64,000 bases of DNA from an uncultured bacterium (GTDB lineage: Bacteria > Arandabacterota > Arandabacteria > JAGLYR01): positions 3,594-67,593 of the forward strand of contig CAZSXU010000007.1 of the NCBI GenBank assembly GCA_964610505.1, given 5' to 3'. Below are positions 38,302 through 48,361 of this stretch, one piece after another (position 1 is the stretch's first letter; every line of letters starts with the position of its first letter). Below the pieces are notes generated by a model that worked only from the letters and a program-made list of their open reading frames with translations, was not told the origin of the DNA and searched no databases. Position numbers and translations under genes: made by a program.

Positions 38302-39756
38302 ATGAAACGCTTGACTCTCACGTGGGCTCTAACGGTCTGTCTCGCCGCTTGCCATGTAGCATTCGCGGCGGGTGCCGAGGACGGGAAACGGCCGGCTTCC
38401 AAGAAGTTCGGGGAGTCTGTCTATCTGCTGGAAACATGGATCGAGTCGGTGCTCGATTTCGATCGCCTGCCGGGAATGTCCATCGCCGTCATCCACGATC
38501 AGGAGATTGTCTACACGAGAGGGTTCGGTTACGCGGATGTTGAGAGGGGCGTGAATGCGACGCCGAATACGCGCTACAGCATCTGCTCGATCTCCAAGCT
38601 GTTTACCAGTATTGCCATCATGCGGCTTCGCGATGAGGGGAAGCTGAGTCTGGATGATCCAGTGTCCAAACATCTACCCTGGTTTGCGCTGGAAACCGAG
38701 GATCCCAAGGCGCAGCCGCCGACGCTGGAGGATTTACTGCGGCACTCAAGCGGGCTGCCCTGCGAACCGGATTTGGCGACCTGGCCCGAATCCGATCTGC
38801 GCCGTCCGTCGCGCGAAGAACTCATCGAAGGAGTTTCGAAGCTGAAGGCGAGTTATCCCACCAACACGCAGTTCAACTACTCAAACCTGGGATTCTCTCT
38901 CCTCGGCGAGGTGGTGTCGGTGGTTTCAGGCATGGCGTATGAGGAATACGTGCACGAGAGCATCCTCGAGCCTCTTGGAATGGAGGCGACGACTCCGTAT
39001 CCACCCCGGAGTGTGCCGGGGAGGGAAGTGGCCGTCGGCTATGGGCGCTGGCCGCGAACGGGATCGCGCGCGGTAATATCACTTCCCGATGCACGGGCGA
39101 TGACTCCCGCAGGAGGTTTCGCCTCGACGGTGACGGACCTGGCGAAGTTTGCGATGTGGCAGTTCCGCGTCCTCGACGGGAAAGACGACGACGTCCTGGG
39201 CCAGGAAACGCTGGAGGAGATGCAGACCGTCCAGTGGCAGGATCCCGAGTGGGGCTACGGATTCACAGTCTGGTCCATGGGGGGCATGCACTTCGTCGGA
39301 CATCAGGGCGGCTGCCCTGGGTACAAGTCGCAGATCATCCTCTGCCCGGAAGAGAAGATCGCTGTGGTGGCGATGATCAACGCGACGGACGCGCCGCAGT
39401 TCACGCTAGTGTTGGAGACCTACAATATCATGGCGCCGGCTCTTAGGGCCTCGAGTAGCAGCGAGGAGGCGGACGAGTCGCAGGACTGGGCGAAATACAC
39501 CGGGTACTACACGGCCGACATGTCCTGGTCCGAGGCCGAGGTGGTGGTGTGGGACGGCGCCCTGTCGGTGATGTGGGTGCCGACGGGCAATCCTCTGGGC
39601 TCTCTGGTGAGATTGAAGCGCATCGAGGGAGGCATCTTCCGCCAGGTCGGAGGCGATGGGGCGCTTGGCAAGCACTACGTGTTCGGGACCGATGCCGAGA
39701 GCAACACCGTCTGCATGAAGTTCAATAACAACCTGCTCAGGAAGACGGTTCCCTGA
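38302..39756 (+). CDS. Secreted serine hydrolase, class C beta-lactamase / PBP-related family, with a C-terminal extra domain
   Basis: Signal peptide and S-x-x-K motif (CSISKLF). AAGGAG RBS before the ATG at 38302. Confidence 0.85.
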   Translation: MKRLTLTWALTVCLAACHVAFAAGAEDGKRPASKKFGESVYLLETWIESVLDFDRLPGMSIAVIHDQEIVYTRGFGYADVERGVNATPNTRYSICSISKLFTSIAIMRLRDEGKLSLDDPVSKHLPWFALETEDPKAQPPTLEDLLRHSSGLPCEPDLATWPESDLRRPSREELIEGVSKLKASYPTNTQFNYSNLGFSLLGEVVSVVSGMAYEEYVHESILEPLGMEATTPYPPRSVPGREVAVGYGRWPRTGSRAVISLPDARAMTPAGGFASTVTDLAKFAMWQFRVLDGKDDDVLGQETLEEMQTVQWQDPEWGYGFTVWSMGGMHFVGHQGGCPGYKSQIILCPEEKIAVVAMINATDAPQFTLVLETYNIMAPALRASSSSEEADESQDWAKYTGYYTADMSWSEAEVVVWDGALSVMWVPTGNPLGSLVRLKRIEGGIFRQVGGDGALGKHYVFGTDAESNTVCMKFNNNLLRKTVP

Positions 39757-39855
39757 GGTTGCGCCGGCCGGGGGAGAGTCCGCCGTCGCAGTCAGCCATT
39801 GTCACCGAATCCTCGAACGTGTACTATGTCCCGGGAAGCCAGCGTCTAGCAAGCG

Positions 39856-39883
39856 GCTGCGGCGGACGGCGGTCCGCCGCAGC
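39856..39883 (+). terminator. Perfect 12-bp GC hairpin (GCTGCGGCGGAC ggcg GTCCGCCGCAGC) 3' of the hydrolase gene; no U-tract
   Basis: Inverted repeat read directly from the sequence. Confidence 0.35.
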
Positions 39884-39921
39884 TCAGCCGGAGGGTCTCC
39901 GAAAGTCAACGAGAGGACGAT

Positions 39922-40737
39922 ATGCCCGGACTCAAGATGAAAGGTCTCGACAAGTTCATGAGTGTACTGATTTGTATTGTCTTCATCTCCTGTATCGGCG
40001 GCTGCGCAAGAGAACAACAGGAGCGTCATTTCTACTTCGTCCAGATTACCGACACCCATTTTGAAACCGGTGATAACATAGACAGATCGAAGAAGGCAGT
40101 GGAACTCATCAACGACTTGCCAATGAACATCCAGTGTGTGGTGCATACAGGCGACATAACTACGAACAGATTTGACGACAAGCAACTCTTAGACGTGTCC
40201 CTACCGATACTGGGGAAGATTGCCGCTCCAATCCACTTTGTGGCCGGTAATCATGATATTTTCCCTGAGAGACTGGAGTCATCGTGCAAGGCGTATGAAG
40301 AGATTTTTGGAGGATTGATTTCTCAGGCGGAATATGAGGATGTTGTATTCATATTTGTCTTCACAGAGCCGCTGAGAAAATCATTCACGATAGATGGCTA
40401 CCAACCCCTGGAGCAGCTCGAGGAGTATCTCAAGAAGGCAGATGGAAAACCTGTGATCGTGTTTCATCACGCCCCTTCGGTCGATAATTTCTATAACAAT
40501 GAGTTTCATGGAGGATGGGAGAATGAGATAAGGGAGAAATGGGTGAATCTGATCAATGGTTACAACGTCAAGGCGGTCATCGCCGGGCATTATCACAGAG
40601 ACGAACATCACTGGTTGGGAGATGTCCCGCTATATGTGTCGGCGCCGATTTCTGGATACTGGGGAAGGCAAGCAACGTTCAGGATATACGAGTACCACAA
40701 CGGTAGAATTGGATATAGAACTCAGTACATAGAATAG
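39922..40737 (+). CDS. Metallophosphoesterase (calcineurin-like) lipoprotein, compositionally foreign
   Basis: Lipobox ISCIGGC and the motifs DTHF...GD...GNHD. Roughly 45% GC against about 65% background, with AGA/ATA codon usage. Confidence 0.8.
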   Translation: MPGLKMKGLDKFMSVLICIVFISCIGGCAREQQERHFYFVQITDTHFETGDNIDRSKKAVELINDLPMNIQCVVHTGDITTNRFDDKQLLDVSLPILGKIAAPIHFVAGNHDIFPERLESSCKAYEEIFGGLISQAEYEDVVFIFVFTEPLRKSFTIDGYQPLEQLEEYLKKADGKPVIVFHHAPSVDNFYNNEFHGGWENEIREKWVNLINGYNVKAVIAGHYHRDEHHWLGDVPLYVSAPISGYWGRQATFRIYEYHNGRIGYRTQYIE

Positions 40738-40992
40738 AGGCCAGACCGTCTTGGGGATCGACTGCGAAACTCGGAGTTTACCTCGGAGTAGCTACATCCA
40801 TCGGTGACGCCTATCTCTTTGTCTGCGGCCGAGACTCCGGCCTTCTCTGAAGCCATCCAGTGCGGAAGCTTCGACGGGAGATCCTGGGGCCAGCGTGAAG
40901 TCGCTTGTCCGGCCTGCCCGACCGCCGAGATCGAGAGCAGCTCGAGTTCCCCGCTCAAATGGCCGATGGAGAGGAAGAGGAGGTGATCGGCC

Positions 40993-41526
40993 ATGAAGCG
41001 CGTTGAGGCCGTCCGGCCCGAATCGGTGTGTACGTTGAACGGAGGGTGGGTTCGAATCCTCGCCCTCGGCGCCCTGCTGCTCGTTTCGGGCTGTGCACCC
41101 GTTATAGACAATCTCCCCAAGAACGCTCCCAGGGGATACATCGAATGTCGCTGGCAGGGAAATCCGGGTTTTCCGCTGATGCTTTCGCTGTTTCCGGAGG
41201 GGAGGGACGCCGATCCCCTGGCCGTCTACCGCAGCGACGACAGGAGGGGCCGGGTTCGGTTCGCCGCTCGTCCGGGTGCTCATGTCTTGATCGTCTCCTC
41301 CATTGGGGACGCCGAGTTCCTCTCTACGATCGCCAAAGGGAGCAGACCCTTTGGCCCGCTCCCGGCCAACGAGAGAGAAGCGCTCGCTCTTCAGGTCTGG
41401 ACCGGAATGAAGACGGCCGTCGGCATTGACTTCGAGCGACAGGACAGCTGGTCTAACTGGGCGGGTCGTCCCATCGCCGGTAGCTACCTGATGACGCTCG
41501 CGGCCGAAAGACCGGTACCCAGATAA
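40993..41526 (+). CDS. Hypothetical lipoprotein
   Basis: Lipobox LLVSGC. No recognisable domain. Confidence 0.5.
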   Translation: MKRVEAVRPESVCTLNGGWVRILALGALLLVSGCAPVIDNLPKNAPRGYIECRWQGNPGFPLMLSLFPEGRDADPLAVYRSDDRRGRVRFAARPGAHVLIVSSIGDAEFLSTIAKGSRPFGPLPANEREALALQVWTGMKTAVGIDFERQDSWSNWAGRPIAGSYLMTLAAERPVPR

Positions 41527-41667
41527 CACCCCGAACCGCCGCGCACCCCTGTTTCGGCCCGATTTCTCCCCGCACACCCCATTCCGGGGTGATCATCGCT
41601 TTCGACCTCTGCCTGTGGGACTTCCCAACGGAACATCATCGCACGCATCCCGGGCCCTTGAATTGTC

Positions 41668-41696
41668 TTGACATGCACACGGCCCGGGACATATTG
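41668..41696 (+). promoter_or_regulatory. Candidate promoter for the BMC operon, with a downstream 8-bp inverted repeat (TGTGTGAA ... TTCACACA at 41717-41759)
   Basis: TTGACA, 16-17 nt spacer, CATATT. AT-rich patch in an otherwise GC-rich region. The inverted repeat may be an operator. Confidence 0.35.
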
Positions 41697-41774
41697 TGAA
41701 ATCCTGATATTGATTTTGTGTGAACCCGTATCACTCAGTCGCACATAGAGTTTCACACACGCGGGGAATCGAGA

Positions 41775-43178
41775 ATGACGGAGGCTCTCAACGTGCACCG
41801 TGTGGCCATCGGCGCCGATCATGGCGGTTTTCAACTCAAGGAGCAGCTGAAGGCGTATCTCAACTCCAAAGGGTATGGGCTTGAGGACTGCGGGACCTTC
41901 AGCGAGGAAGCGGTCGACTACCCGAAGATTGCCGCGGCCGTCGCCCGGCTGGTGGCCGAAGGGCGTTCGGAGCGCGGCATCATCATCGACGGCGCGGGGA
42001 TCGGTTCCTCCATGGTGGCCAACAAGGTGCCCGGCGTCCGGGCGGCCCTTTGCTATGATGTTTCCTCCGCGACGAACGCCCGAGAGCACAACGACGCCAA
42101 TGTTCTGACCCTGGGCGCACGAATGATCGGGATCGGCCTGGCCCAGCAGATCGTGGATGTTTTCCTGACGACCGACTGTGTGGAGGATCGCCACCGGCGC
42201 CGGGTAGCCATGATTGGGGAGGTCGAGAGCGGCCGTCCTCTGCCCGCCGCACCGGCAACTCCGACGGCGGAAGCGGGCGCCGGAGTTTCTGAGGGGGATC
42301 TGGATCGCATTGCCCGGGAAGTGGCCGCCATGCTCTCCACGGGGGCAGGCCTGTCTGCGGAATCAAAGGAGACCATTTGCGGGGAACTCGTCTGCGGTCT
42401 GTGCGCAGACTGCATCCAGAGGAATCCCGAAGCCGTTCGCGATCTGATCAACGATACGGGTGCCGACCGCATCAGCCTGGGTCCCGGCGGCGAGGGCGTT
42501 CCTAAGGATCTGGCCAAGTACATCGACCACACGCATCTCAAGCCGGATGCCACGGCTGAGCAAATCCGCAAGCTGTGTCGGGAGGCGGCCGAGTACGGAT
42601 TCGCCGCGGTTTGCGTCAATCCGAACTGGGTTCCCCTCTGCCGGGAGGAGCTGGCGGGAACCGGCGTGGCGGTTTGCACGGTGGTCGGGTTTCCGCTAGG
42701 CGCGCACCAACCGGAGGTCAAAGCCCTGGAAGCCCGGCGGGCGATTCGCGAGGGGGCCCGGGAAATCGATATGGTGATCAACATCGGGGCCCTGAAGGGT
42801 GGAGATCATGCCCTTGTCGAGAGGGACATTCGAACGGTGGCCGACGCGTGCCATGAAGGACGGGCGGTTCTCAAGGTAATTATCGAGACGGCCCTTCTCA
42901 CGGACGAGGAAAAGGTCCTGGCGTGCCGGCTGGCGAAAAAGGCCCGTGCCGACTACGTCAAGACCTCGACCGGATTCGCCGGCGCCGGCGCAACCGCACA
43001 CGACGTGTCGCTCATGAGCGGAGCCGTCAGGGGAACCAAGATGGGGGTGAAGGCCGCAGGAGGTATTGGTTCCGCGGCGGACGCCGAGAAGATGATCCAG
43101 GCGGGCGCGACGCGGATCGGCGCCAGCGCGGGAGTGAAGATCGTCAAGGAGTACAAGCAAGTCACGGTTTCCGAGTGA
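41775..43178 (+). CDS. Fusion protein: ribose-5-phosphate isomerase B (RpiB/LacAB) + linker + deoxyribose-phosphate aldolase (DeoC)
   Basis: N-terminal half [14 protein letters not shown]...[10 protein letters not shown] (RpiB). C-terminal half [13 protein letters not shown]...GFPLGA...KVIIET (DeoC with a Schiff-base Lys). The linker carries an amphipathic helix and a [12 protein letters not shown] motif. Confidence 0.85.
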   Translation: MTEALNVHRVAIGADHGGFQLKEQLKAYLNSKGYGLEDCGTFSEEAVDYPKIAAAVARLVAEGRSERGIIIDGAGIGSSMVANKVPGVRAALCYDVSSATNAREHNDANVLTLGARMIGIGLAQQIVDVFLTTDCVEDRHRRRVAMIGEVESGRPLPAAPATPTAEAGAGVSEGDLDRIAREVAAMLSTGAGLSAESKETICGELVCGLCADCIQRNPEAVRDLINDTGADRISLGPGGEGVPKDLAKYIDHTHLKPDATAEQIRKLCREAAEYGFAAVCVNPNWVPLCREELAGTGVAVCTVVGFPLGAHQPEVKALEARRAIREGAREIDMVINIGALKGGDHALVERDIRTVADACHEGRAVLKVIIETALLTDEEKVLACRLAKKARADYVKTSTGFAGAGATAHDVSLMSGAVRGTKMGVKAAGGIGSAADAEKMIQAGATRIGASAGVKIVKEYKQVTVSE

Positions 43179-43200
43179 ACGAACAGGTAGGGGAGAGCCC

Positions 43201-43821
43201 ATGGACCTGCGATCGTATGTGTTCCTCGACAGCATTCAACCCCAGTACGCCGCTTTCCTGGGAACGGTGGCGCAAGGATTCCTGCCCATCGCGAACATGG
43301 CGTCGCTCTACGTCGAGATCTCGCCGGGAATCGAGATCAATCGAATCACGGATATTGCGCTGAAATCCACGCGAGTGACGCCGGGGATGCAAGTGGTGGA
43401 GCGCCTCTACGGGTTGCTGGAAATTCACTCGGAATCGCAGGCGGACGTCCGGGAGGCCGGCCGGGCGATTCTTCAGGCGTTGAATCTCAAGGAAGAGGAT
43501 CGCTGGAAACCCAGGATTCTCTCCAGTCAAGTGGTCCGCCGGATGGATGATCATCAGACCCAGCTGATCAACCGGATGCGGCACGGGAATATGATCGTTC
43601 CCGGGGAGACGATGTACGTGATGGAAGTCGAGCCGGCCGCCTATGCCGCTCTGGCGGCGAATGAGGCGGAGAAGGCGGCCGAGATCAACATCCTTGAGGT
43701 TCGCGCGTTCGGCAGTTTCGGCCGCGTGTACCTCGGCGGTGAGGAGCGGGACATCGACGTCGGCTGGCGTGCGGCGGTCGGCGCAATCGAATCGGTAACC
43801 GGAAGGGTCGTGAAGAAGTAG
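43201..43821 (+). CDS. BMC shell protein, tandem-BMC-domain (BMC-T)
   Basis: Two BMC-like halves. The second is canonical ([39 protein letters not shown]). Confidence 0.7.
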   Translation: MDLRSYVFLDSIQPQYAAFLGTVAQGFLPIANMASLYVEISPGIEINRITDIALKSTRVTPGMQVVERLYGLLEIHSESQADVREAGRAILQALNLKEEDRWKPRILSSQVVRRMDDHQTQLINRMRHGNMIVPGETMYVMEVEPAAYAALAANEAEKAAEINILEVRAFGSFGRVYLGGEERDIDVGWRAAVGAIESVTGRVVKK

Positions 43822-43872
43822 AAGAGCAACGGGGCACGTTGAGAATCCACTATTCAAGGGAGGCAGTCGGCA

Positions 43873-44187
43873 ATGGCAGAAGCCCTTGGCATGATCGAGA
43901 CCCATAGCTATGCCGCCATGGTCGAAGCGGCGGACGCGATGGTGAAGGCGGCGAAGGTGGAGCTCGTTCATTATGAGAAGATCGGCGGGGGATACGTGAC
44001 GGCCATTATCCGAGGCGACGTGGCGGCCGTGAAGGCGGCCTGTGACGCCGGCCAGGCCAGTGCGTCCCGTGTCGGCGAGGTTGTCGCCGTTCATGTGATC
44101 GCGCGTCCGCATACGAACATCGATCTGGTGCTTCCGCTGGGCCGCCTCGACCAGGTTCGGGCGGAACTGAAGAAGACGACGAAGTAG
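43873..44187 (+). CDS. BMC shell hexamer protein (BMC-H, PduA/EutM-like)
   Basis: [29 protein letters not shown]...[19 protein letters not shown] is canonical BMC-H. Confidence 0.9.
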   Translation: MAEALGMIETHSYAAMVEAADAMVKAAKVELVHYEKIGGGYVTAIIRGDVAAVKAACDAGQASASRVGEVVAVHVIARPHTNIDLVLPLGRLDQVRAELKKTTK

Positions 44188-44281
44188 GCCGGTCGCGCCT
44201 GCTGGAGAAGACCGGCCGCGGGGGGAGAGGCGCGTTGAATTGCGCTGCGTCTCACCGACCCCGGAAGGTTGAGGAGTTGCC

Positions 44282-44569
44282 ATGGTTCTGGCCAAAGTGG
44301 TCGGCACGGTTGTCGCCTCGCGCAAAGAGAAGAGCACGGAAGGACTCCGCTTCATGGTCCTCGAGCAGATCGACCTCGACGGCAAGCCCTCGGGAGGGTT
44401 TGTCGTAGCGGCCGACGCCGTGGGGTCGGGTGTGGGTGAAATGGTGCTCTATGCCTCGGGAAGCTCGGCGCGGCAGACTGTAGCGACGGACAAACGTCCG
44501 TGCGACGCGGTGATCATGGCCATTGTCGACCAGTGGGAAGTCGGCGGCAAGACAAAGTACAAGAAGTAG
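44282..44569 (+). CDS. BMC vertex pentamer (BMC-P, EutN/CcmL/PduN family)
   Basis: [13 protein letters not shown]...[19 protein letters not shown] motif. Confidence 0.85.
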   Translation: MVLAKVVGTVVASRKEKSTEGLRFMVLEQIDLDGKPSGGFVVAADAVGSGVGEMVLYASGSSARQTVATDKRPCDAVIMAIVDQWEVGGKTKYKK

Positions 44570-44738
44570 CCCGGACAATCCATGGAACCCTGCTGCGAGC
44601 AAGACAGGACGAGCCTGAACTGCGTTTCGGAAGCGATTTCGATCCTCGACGGAGCCGGGCTACGCAATCGGCGAAGTCCTATGTAGGCTTGGGGAGCTTC
44701 TGCCATAGGTAGTGTTGGGGTTTGGCGTTGGAGAATTC

Positions 44739-46184
44739 ATGTCTGTGACGTTGTCGGAAGGGCAGATTCGGGAGATCGCACGGCGGGTTGTGGAGTCGCT
44801 GGGAAGATCCGGTGCGCCGCCGACCGCCGCCGGGGCGGCCGCACCCGCGGGAGCCCTGGCCGAAGGCGTGTTTGCGGATGTCGATTCGGCCGCGCGCGCG
44901 GCCGCCGAAGCCCAGCGTTCGCTGGTGGCGATGACCATGTCCCAGCGGGACAAGATCGTTTCCCGAATTCGGCAGGTGATGCTGGATCATGCCGAGGCCC
45001 TGGCGGGTGAGGCTCTGGCGGAGACGGGGCTTGGTCGCCTGGACGACAAAACGGGAAAGAACCGGCTCGTTGCGGAGAAAACTCCGGGGACGGAAGCTCT
45101 TTATCCGACGGCCCGAAGCGGAGATCGAGGGCTGTCGTTGTTCGAACCGGCTCCCTACGGCGTCATCGGGGTCATCACGCCCGTAACCAATCCTACGTCG
45201 ACCATCATCTGCAACACGATCGGAATGGTGGCGGCGGGCAACGGCGTGGTCTTGAACGTCCATCCCTCGGCTAAGACGGTCTCGATCCGAACGGTGAACC
45301 TCATCAACCAGGCCATCCGGGAGGCCGGTGGGCCTTCCAACGTGGTTACCACTCTGGCCGAGCCGACGATCGAATCGGCCCAAGAGCTGATGAAGCATCC
45401 GGGCATCCGTCTCCTGGTCGTGACCGGCGGAGCCGCCGTCGTCAAGGTAGCGATGCAGAGCGGCAAGCGGGCGATCTGCGCGGGCCCCGGGAATCCTCCC
45501 GTGGTCGTGGATGAGACGGCGGATCCGGACCAGGCGGGCCGCGACATTGTCCGAGGCGCATCCTTCGACAACAACATCGTGTGTGTCTGCGAGAAAGAGA
45601 TTCTCGCCGTGGACTCCGTGGCCGACGCCCTCCTGAAATCCATAGGACGTCAGGGAGGGGTTGTCCTCACGGGGGTCCAGCTTCGCCAGATCGAGCGGGT
45701 GCTCTTCCCGCACGACAGGACGCCCGGAAGGCCGGCGGCGGTTGAGAAATCACTCATCGGCAGGGACGCGGGCGTCATCCTCTCCAAGATCGGAGTGAAC
45801 GCGGGGCCGCAAGTCCGGCTGGCCGTGGTGGAAACCGACGCCCAGCATCCTCTGGTGTGGACGGAACAGATGCTTCCCGTCATGCCTCTGGTGAGGGTGA
45901 GAAGCGCCGATGAGGGGATCGACCTGGCTCGGCGCGTCGAGCAGGGCATGAGGCACACGGCCGTGATGCACTCGAAGAATCTGGATCATCTGAGCCGGAT
46001 GGCCAAGGTGATGGACTGCAGCATCTTCGTGAAGAACGGCCCCGCAGTGGCGGGATTGGGTTTCGGGGGTGAGGGCTACTCATCCTTCTCCATCGCGTCG
46101 CCGACGGGAGAGGGGTTGACGGGCCCGAGGCAGTTCTCCAGGGAACGGCGGTGCGTTCTGGTCGATCACTTCAGGATCGTGTGA
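44739..46184 (+). CDS. Acylating aldehyde dehydrogenase (PduP/EutE-like) with an N-terminal encapsulation-peptide-like helix
   Basis: Aldehyde dehydrogenase family core. N-terminus MSVTLSEGQIREIARRVVESL followed by an Ala/Pro-rich linker. GGAG RBS before the ATG at 44739. Confidence 0.9.
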   Translation: MSVTLSEGQIREIARRVVESLGRSGAPPTAAGAAAPAGALAEGVFADVDSAARAAAEAQRSLVAMTMSQRDKIVSRIRQVMLDHAEALAGEALAETGLGRLDDKTGKNRLVAEKTPGTEALYPTARSGDRGLSLFEPAPYGVIGVITPVTNPTSTIICNTIGMVAAGNGVVLNVHPSAKTVSIRTVNLINQAIREAGGPSNVVTTLAEPTIESAQELMKHPGIRLLVVTGGAAVVKVAMQSGKRAICAGPGNPPVVVDETADPDQAGRDIVRGASFDNNIVCVCEKEILAVDSVADALLKSIGRQGGVVLTGVQLRQIERVLFPHDRTPGRPAAVEKSLIGRDAGVILSKIGVNAGPQVRLAVVETDAQHPLVWTEQMLPVMPLVRVRSADEGIDLARRVEQGMRHTAVMHSKNLDHLSRMAKVMDCSIFVKNGPAVAGLGFGGEGYSSFSIASPTGEGLTGPRQFSRERRCVLVDHFRIV

Positions 46185-46807
46185 TGGAACATCCAGCGCT
46201 TGCACTCGTGGAACTGAACAGTATCGCCGCCGGGGCCAGAACGGCGGACGCGATGGCCAAGAAGGCCCCCGTCGAGATCCTGCGTGTGGGGACAATTCAT
46301 CGCGGCAAGTACTTGATCCTGATCGAGGGTAGCGTAGGGGCGGTTGAGGAGTCCTTCGCCGAGGGTCTTCGGGTGGGGGGGGAATCCGTCGTCGATAAGG
46401 TCTTTCTGCCGGAGGTCGATCGGACGGTTCGGGACGCGCTTCTGGGGAATCGACAGACGGGCACGTACGATGCCTTGGGAGTGGTCGAGACCGCCAACGT
46501 GGCGGCCGTGATCGAAGCGGCCGATGGGGGGGTTAAGGGCGCCGACGTCAAGGTGATGGAAGTACGCCTGGGCGATGGGATGGGAGGCAAGGGTCTCGTT
46601 TTCTTCACGGGCAAGGTTCACGATGTAGAGGCCGCCGTGGACATCGCCGTCGAGCGAATCCGGGATCGGCAGACCTGGGTCCAGCAAACGGTCATCCCGA
46701 TTCTTCACGAAGACATGGCGCGGCAGGTGGCGGAATCGACTCGCTTCGGGCCGCGGCGGAGTTCGGGCGGCAGAGCAGCGAGACGGCGGGGCAGCGGAGC
46801 CGATTGA
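46184..46807 (+). CDS. BMC shell protein, tandem BMC domains (PduT-like BMC-T) with an Arg-rich C-terminal tail
   Basis: Two BMC domains (ALALVELNSIAAG..., ALGVVETANVAAVIEAAD...). The start overlaps the AldDH stop (TGATG). Confidence 0.8.
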   Translation: MEHPALALVELNSIAAGARTADAMAKKAPVEILRVGTIHRGKYLILIEGSVGAVEESFAEGLRVGGESVVDKVFLPEVDRTVRDALLGNRQTGTYDALGVVETANVAAVIEAADGGVKGADVKVMEVRLGDGMGGKGLVFFTGKVHDVEAAVDIAVERIRDRQTWVQQTVIPILHEDMARQVAESTRFGPRRSSGGRAARRRGSGAD

Positions 46808-46880
46808 GCGTGTGCACACTCTGCGGTCCCAGGATTGCCGCTCCGCGCTTCTGACGGATGGAACCGGAAGGTGGAATCGA

Positions 46881-47168
46881 ATGCGTCTGGGCCGGGTTAT
46901 TGGGACCGTCGTTCCCTGCGTTGTCTACGAAGGGCTAACGGGTGTTCCGATGCTCATCGTCACGCCGCTGGATAAACGGGGAAAGCCCAAGGGAACCCCC
47001 TTTGTGGCGGCGGATGCAACGCGCATGGCGGGCCCCGGTGAACTCATCTATTACGAAGCTTCTCGAGAAGCCGCCCTGGCGCTCGACCCGTGGTTCGTCC
47101 CTGTGGATCACGCGATCGTGGGCATCGTTGACGGTGTCGAGCGAGACGGCGTGGAGATCAAACCGTGA
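46881..47168 (+). CDS. BMC vertex pentamer (BMC-P), second copy
   Basis: MRLGRVIGTVV...LIVTPLD EutN/CcmL family. ATG at 46881. Confidence 0.8.
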   Translation: MRLGRVIGTVVPCVVYEGLTGVPMLIVTPLDKRGKPKGTPFVAADATRMAGPGELIYYEASREAALALDPWFVPVDHAIVGIVDGVERDGVEIKP

Positions 47169-47437
47169 TCCTCGGGATTGTCAAGGGGACCGTCTACTCG
47201 ACGATCAACCATCCCTTCTACGACAGCCGGCGACTGCTCCTGGTGGATCTCGTCAACCCGAACGGGAGCGAGACGGGAGGCTACCTCATCGCCATCGACT
47301 CGGTCGATGCAGGCGTAGGGGACCGCGTTCTCATGATCGACGAGGGGAATTCCGCTCGGCAGATCGTGGACGATCCGCAGGCTCCACTTCGGTCCATCAT
47401 CATCGGCATTGTGGACGACGTGCAGGTGTCGGCATGA
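47165..47437 (+). CDS. BMC vertex pentamer (BMC-P), third copy
   Basis: MILGIVKGTVYST...GGYLIAIDSVDAGVGDRVL. GTG start overlaps the previous stop. Confidence 0.8.
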   Translation: MILGIVKGTVYSTINHPFYDSRRLLLVDLVNPNGSETGGYLIAIDSVDAGVGDRVLMIDEGNSARQIVDDPQAPLRSIIIGIVDDVQVSA

Positions 47438-47598
47438 GCCTCGTTCGTTGGAACACCAGGGGCGCAGCCGCAGATTGCACAGACCTCACAGCCAAGGGGA
47501 TCTTTCCGGGATGCACTCCCGTGCGTCCCGGGAAGACCCGGTAGCCTTCGCACGTTCTGTGGAATCTGTGTCATCTGTGGTGGGGGGTTCGCCTTCTC

Positions 47599-48303
47599 AT
47601 GAATGCCGCTTGGCACCTCAGGAAAGAGATCGTCGAGTTCGGGCGCAGGGTCTATGAGAAGAATCTCGTGGCTGCGACGGACGGGAACATCAGTGTCCGC
47701 ATCCTGGGGGATCGGCTCCTCATTACGCCGTCGGGATTCTGTCTGGGGGAGCTCAAACCTGAAGACCTGGTCTATGCCGACTTTGAAGGGAGGACACTCT
47801 CCGGGCGAAACGCCCCCTCCAGCGAGCTCCCAATGCACATTGCGGCGTACGAGGAAAGACCCGACGTTCACGCCATCATCCACGCCCACCCACCGGTGAC
47901 CACGGCGTTCACCGTGGCCGGCTACAATCTGGCTCAATGCGTGATTCCGGAGGTTGTCCTGATCTTCGGATGTATCCCCACCACAGAGTATGCAACGCCG
48001 TCATCGGAAGAAGGCCCTCGAGTCATCCGGTCTCTCATCCGGAAGCACGACGCGCTGATTCTCGATCGGCATGGATCCCTTACGGCGGGTTGCAGCTTGC
48101 GGGAGGCGTATCACAAGCTGGAGAAGGTGGAACACTGTGCACAGGTGACCTTGGCCGCTCGCCAGCTGGGTAACGTCAAGACTCTGACGGCGGATCAGGT
48201 AGAGCGTCTCGAAGAGGTCCGGAAGAAGATGGGGCTCGGAAACGGGTCGTCCCTCTGCAATCTCTGCGGAACGTGCGGAAAGTCCGGCCCGGACGATTCC
48301 TGA
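47599..48303 (+). CDS. Class II aldolase/adducin family protein (fuculose-/rhamnulose-phosphate aldolase-like)
   Basis: ATDGNISVR...HAHPP Zn-binding motifs. Confidence 0.85.
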   Translation: MNAAWHLRKEIVEFGRRVYEKNLVAATDGNISVRILGDRLLITPSGFCLGELKPEDLVYADFEGRTLSGRNAPSSELPMHIAAYEERPDVHAIIHAHPPVTTAFTVAGYNLAQCVIPEVVLIFGCIPTTEYATPSSEEGPRVIRSLIRKHDALILDRHGSLTAGCSLREAYHKLEKVEHCAQVTLAARQLGNVKTLTADQVERLEEVRKKMGLGNGSSLCNLCGTCGKSGPDDS

Positions 48304-48361
48304 ACCCGCGTTACTGAAGAGGGCCGGGGACCCCACGGGGGCCCGGGCGACAAAGAAAACG

